Shown: positions 25,391 to 38,900 of the stretch, piece by piece
How positions within the stretch are numbered: position 1 is the first letter of the stretch
Layout: each line of letters begins with the position of its first letter
NCBI GenBank assembly: GCA_965655095.1
Contig: OZ296653.1
Span: 9,858,001 to 9,922,000 of the forward strand
Length of the DNA: 64,000 nucleotides
Reading direction: 5' to 3'
From: Haplodiscus bocki
Lineage: Eukaryota
Notes under the pieces: generated by a model
What the model saw: the letters and a program-made list of their open reading frames with translations, nothing else
Database searches by the model: none
What the model was told of the DNA's origin: nothing
Made by a program: the position numbers and the translations under genes

Positions 25391-26990
25391 CTAGTATGCA
25401 TGCGCCGTAAATATTTTATTCATAATTTTACATCATTCAGAAAGACGTTACCGAGTTAAAAATGGAAGCCAAAATTAGCAGCTCGAAAGTTGATTTGAAC
25501 GCTCACTGTTATCCACAATCATCAGATAAATAGGGTAATAAAGATTCACTCTTTGAAGAAGAAGTTTGCAGTCTGTAATTTGATCCGTTGGGAAATGTAA
25601 CAAAAATAGAGGAATTCTACAGACGGCTTAATTAACATATTTTCCCGCGCAACAAATTTGTAATTATGGTGAATGAAGAGAGATTGCTCGACTTTTGGGA
25701 AAACTAAAGAAGACAATTCGGGGCCCAAAATCTAGCTCAAATCTCTTAAGGGTAACATGCAAATCCTGCAGCGTTACATGAAAACGGTGTCTAGTAATTT
25801 ACAATCTACATGATCTGCAACTAGTGAACACTTAGAAAAATGTACCAAATTTACATTCACTACAAGAAGGTGCACATAACCCACAAACTCAGCGTACACA
25901 GGTTACCTTATTTATTACCAGTTACGTATCACCAAACACTTCATTTTCGAAAAACTCATTTTCTATACTTCGAAGTCTAGAACTGAAGGGGCGTAATTTT
26001 AAAGCTTTTTTACGGCGTTTCATGGAATAATTGAGCAATGAATTGAGAAACCTTTATATTTTTCTCAAAAAAATCACAATGGAGCCCGGGAGAATTTTTC
26101 AATTTTAGCGGCACCAAAAAAGGTTTGAACAACGGAGTGGTCTAACAGGGTCCACCGGAGCTTAACAATCGAAGCTGAGGTTACTGACCAAAATCATCCC
26201 TCGCAGCATGCTTTCTGCAAAAGTAAAAGAAGTGAGAAACCGTCTCTCGTTCCAATTTATAATTAAGTCTCGAGAAATTCTAATTGAAAGGAGAAACCAA
26301 CTTTATTCGCAAGTTTTTCAACTGGAGAAAAGGGGTCAATAGTTTTGCAGGGAAAGCTAGAATACGTAATTCAACAAACTTTCAAAGTTACAAACTATTT
26401 TTGCGGTTTTTCCTACTTTTAACTGTTTCCGGCTGCGTTAACTGTGTAATTTTTGAAAAAATATTATTCGGCCAAAATGTTTTTCCAGACACGCAGAATG
26501 CAGTTCTGACAACACTGCCGAAAACTTTTCGCTCAAAGTACGAGAAGCTTTATAAATTTTATTTTTTTCAACAGTTTTTCCCTATTTCCTTCTAAACAGA
26601 TATAATCTTAGGTTTTGCTTTTGCTGAAACTAACTTTTCTCCCTAACCACTGGTTGAATTCTTTTATCATGGTCTCAGTCGACAGCCTTTTACTTCAGGA
26701 GTACTTTTCAAAAGCGAAAACATCACTGTTTTTCTTTGCATCAGAATCCTGACATGCCAAAAAAGATAATACAGATTTCGGTTTTCAAACTCACGATTTT
26801 CCAAAATCACTAGCTTGCCTTTCTGCATCAAAAATTCAACCGAAAGCTCTCTAACAAGAGGTAAAGAAATCATTCTCTCGCCGCGCGCACATTTCACTTG
26901 AACTTTTAATTTCACGCATTTACAAAATTGCACTATTTTCGCTCAAAATATACACGAGGACACTGTTTTTGAAAAATTTAGTTTTTCTGA

Positions 26991-29900
26991 CAAAAAGTTG
27001 GTACAATGACGTTTCTTTTCGGTTTCACAGTGCCGACAAAAAGGGCAAGCGAAAAAATTGGTATACGGAAAGGTGTTTCAGATGTTGAATATAAATTTTT
27101 TGAAGAACACAAAAAGTAGCAGAGTTCTTGCCCGTGTTCGTCAGTCCTTAAAAATGACAACAAAATTGAAATTGAAATGTAGAGTCTGAATGGTTCAACA
27201 TCAAAACTGTTGAAACAGGATCATTTCCGCCGGGCACTATTTTTACAAAAAGCACCGACTAAAAAGAGCAGTTTCCATTTCCTGAAATATGCGTTCACAT
27301 TGCGGAAAATTCTAAGAAACTTGACTTCGAGATTATGTTGAAATAAGGCCCAATTTTTGTGGCGCTTTACACGAAAAAAAGCCCAACTAATACAGTGGCT
27401 TTTTTGTTCACTTTTTCCCAACACTGATCACCAAAATTTTTCATTGTCCCGCCACGCCCTTCCCAAAAAACATTGAGTCAAATAGGCAGCGTTGACGTCA
27501 ACATTCCTCTCTTGCTAAGATTTTTATTCAGTCATAACATTCCTCCATAACATTCCCAAAAAAGAAAAAACTTTTCATCCTGGTCCAATTTAATTACATA
27601 CATTGGGAGAAATTACAAAAATGATGGTAAATTAATAACTAAAGGGCAATTATACTTCAATTTTGGGTATTATAGTATTGGTAATTATCAGGGATCGTAT
27701 TTTGATGTTAATATTTCGATCAATTTATGTCATTGAATGTGTTCGTAAAAACAAAACAATATGCTAATCAGCGCTTCAAACATTAAGTATCCAGGCAGTT
27801 ACAGATTATTACAAGGCGATGTTGGACTGTCCGTTCATGCCTTTGTGGACAGAGAAATACGAGTGAATCCTCAACGAGCAGAAATTGCATACGAACTTTT
27901 AGATATTCAGGGAAATCCGAAACTTTTTTTCGTAGAGTGCAAGGCAATTTCTTATTTCTCCGAAATATGGAAGTGAGCATTGCGAGCTTCCTTTTATTTC
28001 TCCAAAATATGTCAATGACGTGTCAATTCATCAATAATGAAGCAAAATATGTTTGAACAATTGTTTTATGCAAAAAAAAACATGAAAATCCGAGCCTGCT
28101 TATTGTGTCAAATTGGACATTTTGTTCTGACTTCCTAAACCTCAGATAGTTTCATCATTTTGCCATTTTGATTTGTAAAGAAATGGCGATTCGGTTTCCA
28201 TTAGTTCTGGGCAGTTTCAAAACTTGTCCTTTGGAATCGAATTCCTTTACAATCGAAAGTTGAATCAAATATTTTAAACATCGAAAATCCTAGCATCGAA
28301 TAATAATACACTGAAAATTGCAACTTTTTGATATCGAAAAGCGTCGCAAACCAATTGCAAAGTTAGTTAGCTAATTGTATTGCAGAACTGTAATAAGTTT
28401 GTCACCGAACACTATGTATAACAGGTTACAGTAGCTTTCTTAGATTTTTCTTGGAATTGTTGTTCGAAAATTATTGAAGAAAATTTCTATAATGATTTTT
28501 GAGACTTCCATAATTAAGATTATTGTTTAATTATCTCAAGAAAATTAATTTGAACAAGCTTTTCTTCACTATGACGCATATTTGTGGTTCACTCCCTTGG
28601 TATACCCTACTTCATTTCACAAAATTTTTGGTGTTAGCTGCCCAGACAACCAAGTAACCACGTTAAAAAAGTGACAATAGAGTAATCATCATGACTCTAT
28701 TATTTTATTAAAGTAAATACTTGGTTGTCAAAGCAGCAAACACCAACTACTTTGTGAAATGAAGATAGGTATAACAAGGGAGGTACTTGGTTGTCGACTC
28801 GAGTTTTGATCAAAACTGTTATTGACTTCAAAACATTTCCGCAAACAAATCGATCCTAAATAAAGGGCAATTATACTTCAATTTTGGGTATTATAGCATT
28901 GGTAATTATCAGGGATCGGATTTTGATGTTGATATTTCGATCAATATATGTCATTGAATGTGTTCTTAAAAACAAAACAATATGCTAATCAGAGCTTCAA
29001 ACATTAAGTATCCAAGCAGTTCCACATTATTACAAGGCGATGTTGGACTGTCCGTTCATGCCTTTGTGGAGAGAGAAATACGAATAAATCCTCATCGAGC
29101 AGAAATTGCATCCGAACTTTTAGATATTCAGGGAAACCCGAAACTTTTTTTCGTAGAGTGCAAGGCAAATTATTTCTCAGAAATATGGAAATGAGCATTG
29201 CGAGCTTCCTTTTATTTCTCAAAAGTATGTCAATGAGGTGTCAATTCATCAAGAATGAAGCAAAAAATGTTTAAAAAATGGTTATATGCAAAAAAAAAAC
29301 ATGAAAATCCGAGCCTGGTTATTGTGTCACATTGGACATTACTTTCTGACTCACTAAAACTCAGATAGTTTCATCATATCGCCATTTTGATTTGTAAAGA
29401 AATGGCGAATCGGTTTCCATTACTTTTGCGCAGTTTCAAAAATTGTCCATTGGAATCGAATTTCTTTACAATCGAAAGTTGAATCAAATACTTTTAACAT
29501 CGAAAATCTTAGCATCGACTAATATTAAATTGAAAACTGCATTTTTTTTGAGATCGAAAAGCGTCGCTAACCAATTGCAAAGTTAAATAGCTAATTGTAT
29601 TGCAGAAGAACGGTAGTGAGTTTGTCACCGAACACCATATAGAACAAGTTACAGTAGCTTTCTTAAAATTTTCTTGGAACTGTTGTTCAAAAGTTAGTGA
29701 ACAAATTTCTTCATTGAAGATTTTGGAGACTTCCAAAATGAAGATTAATGTTTAATTATCTCAATGAAAACTAATTTGAACAAGCTTTTCGTCACTTTGA
29801 CGCATATTTGTGGTTCCCTCCCCTGGTATACCGTACTCCCTTGGTATACCCTACTTCATTTCACAAAATTTTTGGTGTTCGCTGCCCTGACAACCAAGTA

Positions 29901-32900
29901 AACACGTTAAAAAAGTGACAATTGAGTAATCATCATGACTCTATTACTTTATTAAAGTAATTACTTGGTTGTCGAAGCAGCAAACACCAAAAACTTTGTG
30001 AATTGAAGTTAGGTATACCAAGGGAGGTACTTGGTTGTCAACTCGAGTTTTGATGAAAACTGATATTGATTTCAAAATTGGTACAATGACGTTTCTTTTC
30101 GGTTTCACAGTGCCAAAAAATTTGGTGAGCGAGAAAACTTGTGAATGGAAAGGTGTATCAGATGTTGGATATATGTCTTCTGAAGAACACAAAAAGTAGC
30201 AGAGTTTTTGCCCGTGTTCGTCAGTCCTTAAAAATGACAACAAAATTGAAATTGAAATGTAGAGTCTGAACGGTTCGTCATCAAATCTGTGGTTGAAACA
30301 GTATCATTTCTGTCGGGCACTATTTTTACAAAAAGCACCGACTAAAAAGAGCAGTTTCTGTTTCCTGAAAAATGCGTTCACATTGCAGAAATTCTAAGAA
30401 ACTTAACTTCGAAATCATTATGAAAAAAGCCCAGTTTTTGTGGCGCTTTACACGAAAAAGTGCCCAACTAATACACTGGCTTTTTTGTTCACTTTTTCCC
30501 AACACTGATCACCAAAACTTTTCAATGTCCCGCCACCCCTCCCAAAAAACATTGAGTCAAATAGGCAGCGTTGACGTCAATATTCCTCTCTTGCTAAGAT
30601 TTTTATTCAGTCATAACATTCCTCCGTAACATTCCCAAAAAAGACGAAACTTTTCATCCTGGTCAAATCCAATTACAAACATTGGGAGAAATTACAAAAA
30701 TGATGGTAAATTAATAACTAAAGGGCAATTATACTTAAATTTTGGGTATTATAACATTAGTAATTATCAGGGATCGGATTTTGATGTTAGTATTTCGATC
30801 AATTTATGTCATTGAATGTGTTCTTAAAAACAAAACAATATGCTAATCAGCGCTTCAAACATTAAGTATCCAAGCAGTTCCACAATATTACGAAGCGATG
30901 TTGGACTGTCCGTTCATGCCTTTGTGGACAGAGAAATACGAGTGAGTCCTCAACGAGCAGAAATTGCATACGAACTTCTAGATATTCAGGGAAAACCGAA
31001 ACTTTTTTTCGTAGAGTGCAAGGCAAGTTCTTATTTCTCCGGCATATGGAAGTGAGCTTTCCGAGCTTCCTTTTAATTCTCCAAAATATGTCAATGACGT
31101 GTCAATTCATCAATAATGAAGCAAAATATGTTTGAACAATTGTTTTATGCAAAAAAAAACATGAAAATCCGAGCCTGGTTATTGTGTCAAATTGGACATT
31201 TTGTTCTGACTTCCTAAACCTCAGATAGTTTCATTATTTTGCCATTTTGATTTGTGAAGAAATGGCGATTCGGTTTCCATTATTTCTGTGCAGTTTCAAA
31301 AATTGTCCTTTGGAATCGAATTCCTTTACAATCGAAAGTTGAATCAAATATTTTAAACATCGAAAATCCTAGCATCGACTAATATTAAATTGAAAACTGC
31401 ATTTTTTTTGAGATCGAAAAGCGTCGCTAACCAATTGCAAAGTTATATAGCTAATTGTATTGCAGAAGAACGGTAGTGAGTTTGTCACCGAACACTATGT
31501 ATAACAGTTTACAGTAGCTTTCTTAGATTTTTCTTGGAATTGTTGTCCGAAAATTATTGAAGAAAATTCTATAATGAAGATCTTGGACACTTCCATAATT
31601 AAGATTAATGTTTAATTATCTCAAGAAAACTAATTTGAACAAGCATTTCCTCACTATGAGGCAAATTTGTGGTACCTCCTTTGGTATACCCTACTGCCTT
31701 GGTATACCCTACTTCATTTCACAAAAAATTTGGTGTTGTTAGCTGCTTTGACAACAAAGTAATTACGTTAAAAAAGTGACAATTGAGTAATCATCATGAC
31801 TCTATTACTTTATTAAAGTAATTACTTGGTTGTCAAAGCAGCAAACACCAACTACTTTGTCAAACGAAGATAGGTATACCAAGGGAGGTACTTGGTTGTC
31901 AACTCGAGTTTTGATCAAAACTGTTATTGATTTCAAAACATTTCCGCAAACAAATCGATCCTAAATAAAGGGCAATAATACTTCAATTTTGGGTATTATA
32001 GCATTGGTAATTATCAGGGATCGGATTTTGATGTTGATATTTCGATCAATATATGTCATTGAATGTGTTCTTAAAAACAAAACAATATGCTAATCAGCGC
32101 TTCAAACATTAAGTATCCAAGCACTTCCACATTATTACAAGGCGATGTTGGACTGTCCGTTCATGCCTTTGTGGAGAGAAATACGAATAAATCCTCATCG
32201 AGCAGAAATTGCATCCGAACTTATAGATATTCAGGGAAATCCGAAAATTTTTTTCGTAGAGTGCAAGGCAATTTCTTAGTTCTCCGAAATATGGAAGTGA
32301 GCATTGCGAGCTTCCTTTTATTTCTCAAAAATATGTCAATGAGGTGTCAATTCATCAAGAATGAAGCAAAATATGTTTAAACAATGGTTATATGCAAAAA
32401 AAAACATGAAAATCCGAGCCTGGTTATTGTGTCACATTGGAAATTACAATCTGACTTCCTAAAACTCAGATAGTTTCGTCATGTCGCGATTTTGATTTTT
32501 AAATAAATGGCGATTCGGTTTCCATTATTTTTGCGCAGTTTCAAAAATTGTCCATTGGAATCGAATTCCTTTACAATCGAAAGTTGAATCAAATATTTGA
32601 ACATCGAAAATCCTAGCATCGACTAATATTAAATTGAAAACTGCATTTTTTTTGAGATCGAAAAGCGTCGCTAACCAATTGCAAAGTTAAATAGCTAATT
32701 GTATTGCAGAAGAACGGTAGTGAGTTTGTCACCGAACACCATATAGAACAAGTTACAGTAGCTTTCTTAAAATTTTCTTGGAACTGTTGTTCAAAAGTTA
32801 GTGAACAAATTTCTTCATTGAAGATTTTGGAGACTTCCATAATTAAGATTAATGTTTAATTATCTCAAGAAAACTAATTTGAACAAGCATTTCCTCACTA

Positions 32901-35900
32901 TGAGGCAAATTTGTGGTACCTCCTTTGGTATACCCTACTGCCTTGGTATACCCTACTTCATTTCACAAAAAATTTGGTGTTGTTAGCTGCTTTGACAACA
33001 AAGTAATTACGTTAAAAAGTGACAATTGAGTAATCATCATGACTCTATTACTTTATTAAAGTAATTACTTGGTTGTCAAAGCAGCAAACACCAACTACTT
33101 TGTCAAACGAAGATAGGTATACCAAGGGAGGTACTTGGTTGTCAACTCGAGTTTTGATCAAAACTGTTATTGATTTCAAAACATTTCCGCAAACAAATCG
33201 ATCCTAAATAAAGGGCAATAATACTTCAATTTTGGGTATTATAGCATTGGTAATTATCAGGGATCGGATTTTGATGTTGATATTTCGATCAATATATGTC
33301 ATTGAATGTGTTCTTAAAAACAAAACAATATGCTAATCAGCGCTTCAAACATTAAGTATCCAAGCACTTCCACATTATTACAAGGCGATGTTGGACTGTC
33401 CGTTCATGCCTTTGTGGAGAGAAATACGAATAAATCCTCATCGAGCAGAAATTGCATCCGAACTTATAGATATTCAGGGAAATCCGAAAATTTTTTTCGT
33501 AGAGTGCAAGGCAATTTCTTAGTTCTCCGAAATATGGAAGTGAGCATTGCGAGCTTCCTTTTATTTCTCAAAAACATGTCAATGAGGTGTCAATTCATCA
33601 AGAATGAAGCAAAATATGTTTAAACAATGGTTATATGCAAAAAAAAACATGAAAATCCGAGCCTGGTTATTGTGTCACATTGGAAATTACAATCTGACTT
33701 CCTAAAACTCAGATAGTTTCGTCATGTCGCGATTTTGATTTTTAAATAAATGGCGATTCGGTTTCCATTATTTTTGCGCAGTTTCAAAAATTGTCCATTG
33801 GAATCGAATTCCTTTACAATCGAAAGTTGAATCAAATATTTGAACATCGAAAATCCTAGCATCGACTAAAAATATATTGAAAATTGCATTTTTTTGAGAC
33901 CGAAAAGCGTCGCAAACCAATTGCAAGTTAATTAGCTATTTGTATTGCAGAAAAACGGTAGTAAGTTTGTCACCAAACACTATATATAACAAGTTACAGC
34001 AGCTCTCTTAAATTTTTCTTGGAATTGTTGTTGGAAACTTAGTGAAAAAATTTCTAGAATGAAGATTTTGGAGACTTCCACAATGAAGATTAATGTTTAA
34101 TTATCTCAACGAAAACTAATTTGAACAAGCTTTTCGTCACTATGAGGCAAATTTGTGGTACCTCCCTTGGTATACCGTACTCCTCTGGTATACCCTACTT
34201 CATTTCACAAATTTTTTGGTGTTAGCTGCTTTGACTACCAAGTAATCACGTTAAAAAAAGTAACAATTAAGTAATAATCATGACTCTATTACTCTATTAA
34301 AAGAATTACTTGGTTGTCAAAGCAGCAAACACCAAAAATTTTGCGAATTGAAGTTAGGTATACCAACGGAGGTACTTGGTTGTCAACTCGAGTTTTGATC
34401 AAAACTGTTATTGATTTCAAAATTGGTACAATGGCGTTTCTTTTCGGTTTCACAGCGCCGAAAAATTTGCTGAGCGAGAAAACTTGTGAATGGAAAGGTG
34501 TATCAGATGTTGGATATATGTCTTCTGAAGAACACAAAAAGTAGCAGAGTTTTTGCCCGTGTTCGTCAGTCCTTAAAAATGACAACAAAATTGAAATTGA
34601 AATGTAGAGTCTGAACGGTTCGTCATCAAATCTGTGGTTGAAACAGTATCATTTCTGTCGGGCAAAAATTTTACAAAAAGCACCGACTAAAAAGACCAGT
34701 TTCTGTTTCCTGAAAAATGCGTTCACATTGCGGGAAATTCTAAGAAACTTAACTTCGAAATCAATTTGAAAAAAAGCCCAGTTTTTGTGGCGCTTTACAC
34801 GAAAAAATGCCCAACTAATACACTGGCTTTTTTGTTCACCTTTTCCCAACACTGATCACCAAAATTTTTCAATGTCCCGCCACCCCTCCAAAAAAACATT
34901 GAGTCAAATAGGCAGGGTTGACGTCAATATTCCTCTCTTGCTGAGATTTTTATTCAGTCATAACATTCCTCCATAACATTCCCAAAAAAGACGAAACTTT
35001 TCATCCTAGTCAAATTCAATTACATACATTGGGAGAAATTACAAAAATGATGGTAAATTAATAACTAAAGGGCAATTATACTTCAATTTTGGGTATTATA
35101 GCATTGGTAATTATCAGGGATCGTATTTTGATGTTAATATTTCGATCAATTTATGTCATTGAATGTGTTCTTAAAAACAAAACAATATGCTAACCAGCGC
35201 TTCAAACATTAAGTATACAGGCAGCTACAGATTATTACAAGGCGATGTTGGACTGTCCGTTCATGCCTTTGTGGACAGAGAAATACGAGTGAATCCTCAA
35301 CGAGCAGAAATTGCATACGAACTTTTAGATATTCAGGGAAATCCGAAACTTTTTTTCGTAGAGTGCAAGGCAATTTCTTATTTCTCCGAAATATGGAAGT
35401 GAGCATTGCGAGCTTCCTTTTATTTCTCCAAAATATGTCAATGACGTGTCAATTCATCAATAATGAAGCAAAATATGTTTGAACAATTGTTTTATGCAAA
35501 AAAAACATGAAAATCCGAGCCTGCTTATTGTGTCAAATTGGACATTTTGTTCTGACTTCCTAAACCTCAGATAGTTTCATCATTTTGCCATTTTGATTTG
35601 TAAAGAAATGGCGATTCGGTTTCCATTATTTATGGGCAGTTTCAAAACTTGTCCTTTGGAATCGAATTCCTTTACAATCGAAAGTTGAATCAAATATTTT
35701 AAACATCGAAAATCCTAGCATCGACTAAAAATATATTGAAAATTGCATTTTTTTGAGACCGAAAAGCGTCGCAAACCAATTGCAAGTTAATTAGCTAATT
35801 GTATTGCAGAAGAACGGTAGTAATTTTGTCACCAAACACTATATATAACAAGTTACAGTAGCTCTCTCAAATTTTTCTTGGAATTGTTGTTGGAAACTTA

Positions 35901-38900
35901 GTGAAAAAATTTCTAGAATGAAGATTTTGGAGACTTCCACAATGAAGATTAATGTTTAATTATCTCAACGAAAACTAATTTGAACAAGCTTTTCGTCACT
36001 ATGAGGCAAATTTGTGGTACCTCCCTTGGTATACCGTACTCCCCTGGTATACCCTACTTCATTTCACAAATTTTTTGGTGTTAGCTGCTTTGACTACCAA
36101 GTAATCACGTTAAAAAAAAGTAACAATTAAGTAATAATCATGACTCTATTACTCTATTAAAAGAATTACTTGGTTGTCAAAGCGGCAAACACCAAAAATT
36201 TTGCGAATTGAAGTTAGGTATACCAACGGAGCTACTTGGTTGTCAACTCGAGTTTTGATCAAAAGTGTTATTGATTTCAAAATTGGTACAATGGCGTTTC
36301 TTTTCGGTTTCATAGCGCCGAAAAATTTGCTAAGCGAAAAAACTGGTATATGGAAAGGTGTATCAGTTGTTGAATATATATCTTTTGAAGAACACAAAAA
36401 GTAGCAGAGTTCTTGCCCGTGTTCGTCAGTCCTTGAAAATGACAAAATTGAAAATGAAATGTAGAGTCTGAACGGTTCGTCATCAAATCTGTGGTTGAAA
36501 CAGTATCATTTCTGTCGGGCTCTATTTTTACAAAAAGCACCGACTAAAAAGAGCAGTTTCTGTTTCCTGAAAAATGCGTTCACATTGCGGGAAATTCTAA
36601 GAAACTTAACTTCGAAATCAATTTGAAAAAAAGCCCAGTTTTTGTGGCGCTTTACACGAAAAAATGCCCAACTAATACACTGGCTTTTTTGTTCACCTTT
36701 TCCCAACACTGATCACCAAAATTTTTCAATGTCCCGCCACCCCTCCAAAAAAACATTGAGTCAAATAGGCAGCGTTGACGTCAATATTCCTCTCTTGCTG
36801 AGATTTTTATTCAGTCATAACATTCCTCCATAACATTCCCAAAAAAGACGAAACTTTTCATCCTGGTCAAATCCAATTACAAACATTGGGAGAAATTACA
36901 AAAATGATGGTAAATTAATAACTAAGGGGCAATTATACTTCAATTTTGGGTATTATATCATTGGTATTTATCAGGGATCGGATTTTGATGTTGATATTTC
37001 GATCAATATATGTCATTGAATGTGTTCTTAAAAACAAAACAATATGCTAATCAGCGCTTCAAACATTAACTAGCCAAGCAGTTCCATATTTTTACAAGGC
37101 GATATTGGACTGTCCGTTCATGCCTTTGTGGACAGAGAAATACGAGTGAATTCTCATCGAGCAGAAATTGCATACGAACTTTGAGATATTCAGGGAAATC
37201 CGAAACTTTTTTTCGTAGAGTGCAAGGCAATTTCTTGTTTCTCCGAAACATGGAAGTGAGCATTGCGAGCTTCCTTTTATTTCTCCAAAATATGTCAATG
37301 ACGTGTCAATTCATCAATAATGAAGCAAAATATGTTTGAACAATTGTTTTATGCAAAAAAAAACATGAAAATCCGAGCCTGCTTATTGTGTCAAATTGGA
37401 CATTTTGTTCTGACTTCCTAAACCTCAGATAGTTTCATCATTTTGCCATTTTGATTTGTAAAGAAATGGCGATTCAGTTTCCATTATTTATGGGCAGTTT
37501 CAAAACTTGTCCTTTGGAATCGAATTCCTTTACAATCGAAAGTTGAATCAAATATTTTAAACATCGAAAATCCTAGCATCGACTAATAATATATTGAAAA
37601 TTGCATTTTTTTGAGATCGCAAAGCGTCGCAAACCAATTGCAAAGTTAATTAGCTAATTGTATTGCAGAACTGTAATAAGTTTGTCACCGAACACTATGT
37701 ATAACAGGTTACAGTAGCTTTCTTAGATTTTTCTTGGAAATGTTGTTCGAAAATTATTGAAGAAAATTTCTATAATGAAGATTTTGGAGACTTCCATAAT
37801 TAAGATTAATGTTTAATTATCTCAAGAAAACTAATTTGAACAAGCATTTCGTCACTATGAGGCAAATTTGTGTTACCTCCTTTGGTATACCCTACTGCCT
37901 TGGTATACCCTACTTCATTTCACAAAAAATTTGGTGTTAGCTGCTTTGACAACAAAGTAATTACGTTAAAAAAGTGACAATTGAGTAATCATCATGACTC
38001 TATTACATTATTAAAGTAATTACTCGGTTGTCAAAGCAGCAAACACCAACTACTTTGTGAAATGAAGATAGGTATACCAAGGGAGGTACTTGGTTGTCAA
38101 CTCGAGTTTTGATCAAAACTGTTATTGATTTCAAAACATTTCCGCAAACAAATCGAGCCTAAATAAAGGGCAATTATACTTCAATTTTGGGTATTATATC
38201 ATTGGTATTTATCAGGGATCGGATTTTGATGTTGATATTTCGATCAATATATGTCATTGAATGTGTTCTTAAAAACAAAACAATATGCTAATCAGCGCTT
38301 CAAACATTAACTAGCCAAGCAGTTCCATATTTTTACAAGGCGATATTGGACTGTCCGTTCATGCCTTTGTGGACAGAGAAATACGAGTGAATTCTCATCG
38401 AGCAGAAATTGCATACGAACTTTGAGATATTCAGGGAAATCCGAAACTTTTTTTCGTAGAGTGCAAGGCAATTTCTTGTTTCTCCGAAACATGGAAGTGA
38501 GCATTGCGAGCTTCCTTTTATTTCTCCAAAATATGTCAATGACGTGTCAATTCATCAATAATGAAGCAAAATATGTTTGAACAATTGTTTTATGCAAAAA
38601 AAAACATGAAAATCCGAGCCTGCTTATTGTGTCAAATTGGACATTTTGTTCTGACTTCCTAAACCTCAGATAGTTTCATCATTTTGCCATTTTGATTTGT
38701 AAAGAAATGGCGATTCGGTTTCCATTATTTCTGTGCAGTTTCAAAAATTGTCCTTTGGAATCGAATTCCTTTACAATCGAAAGTTGAATCAAATATTTTA
38801 AACATCGAAAATCCTAGCATCGACTAATATTAAATTGAAAACTGCATTTTTTTTGAGATCGAAAAGCGTCGCTAACCAATTGCAAAGTTATATAGCTAAT

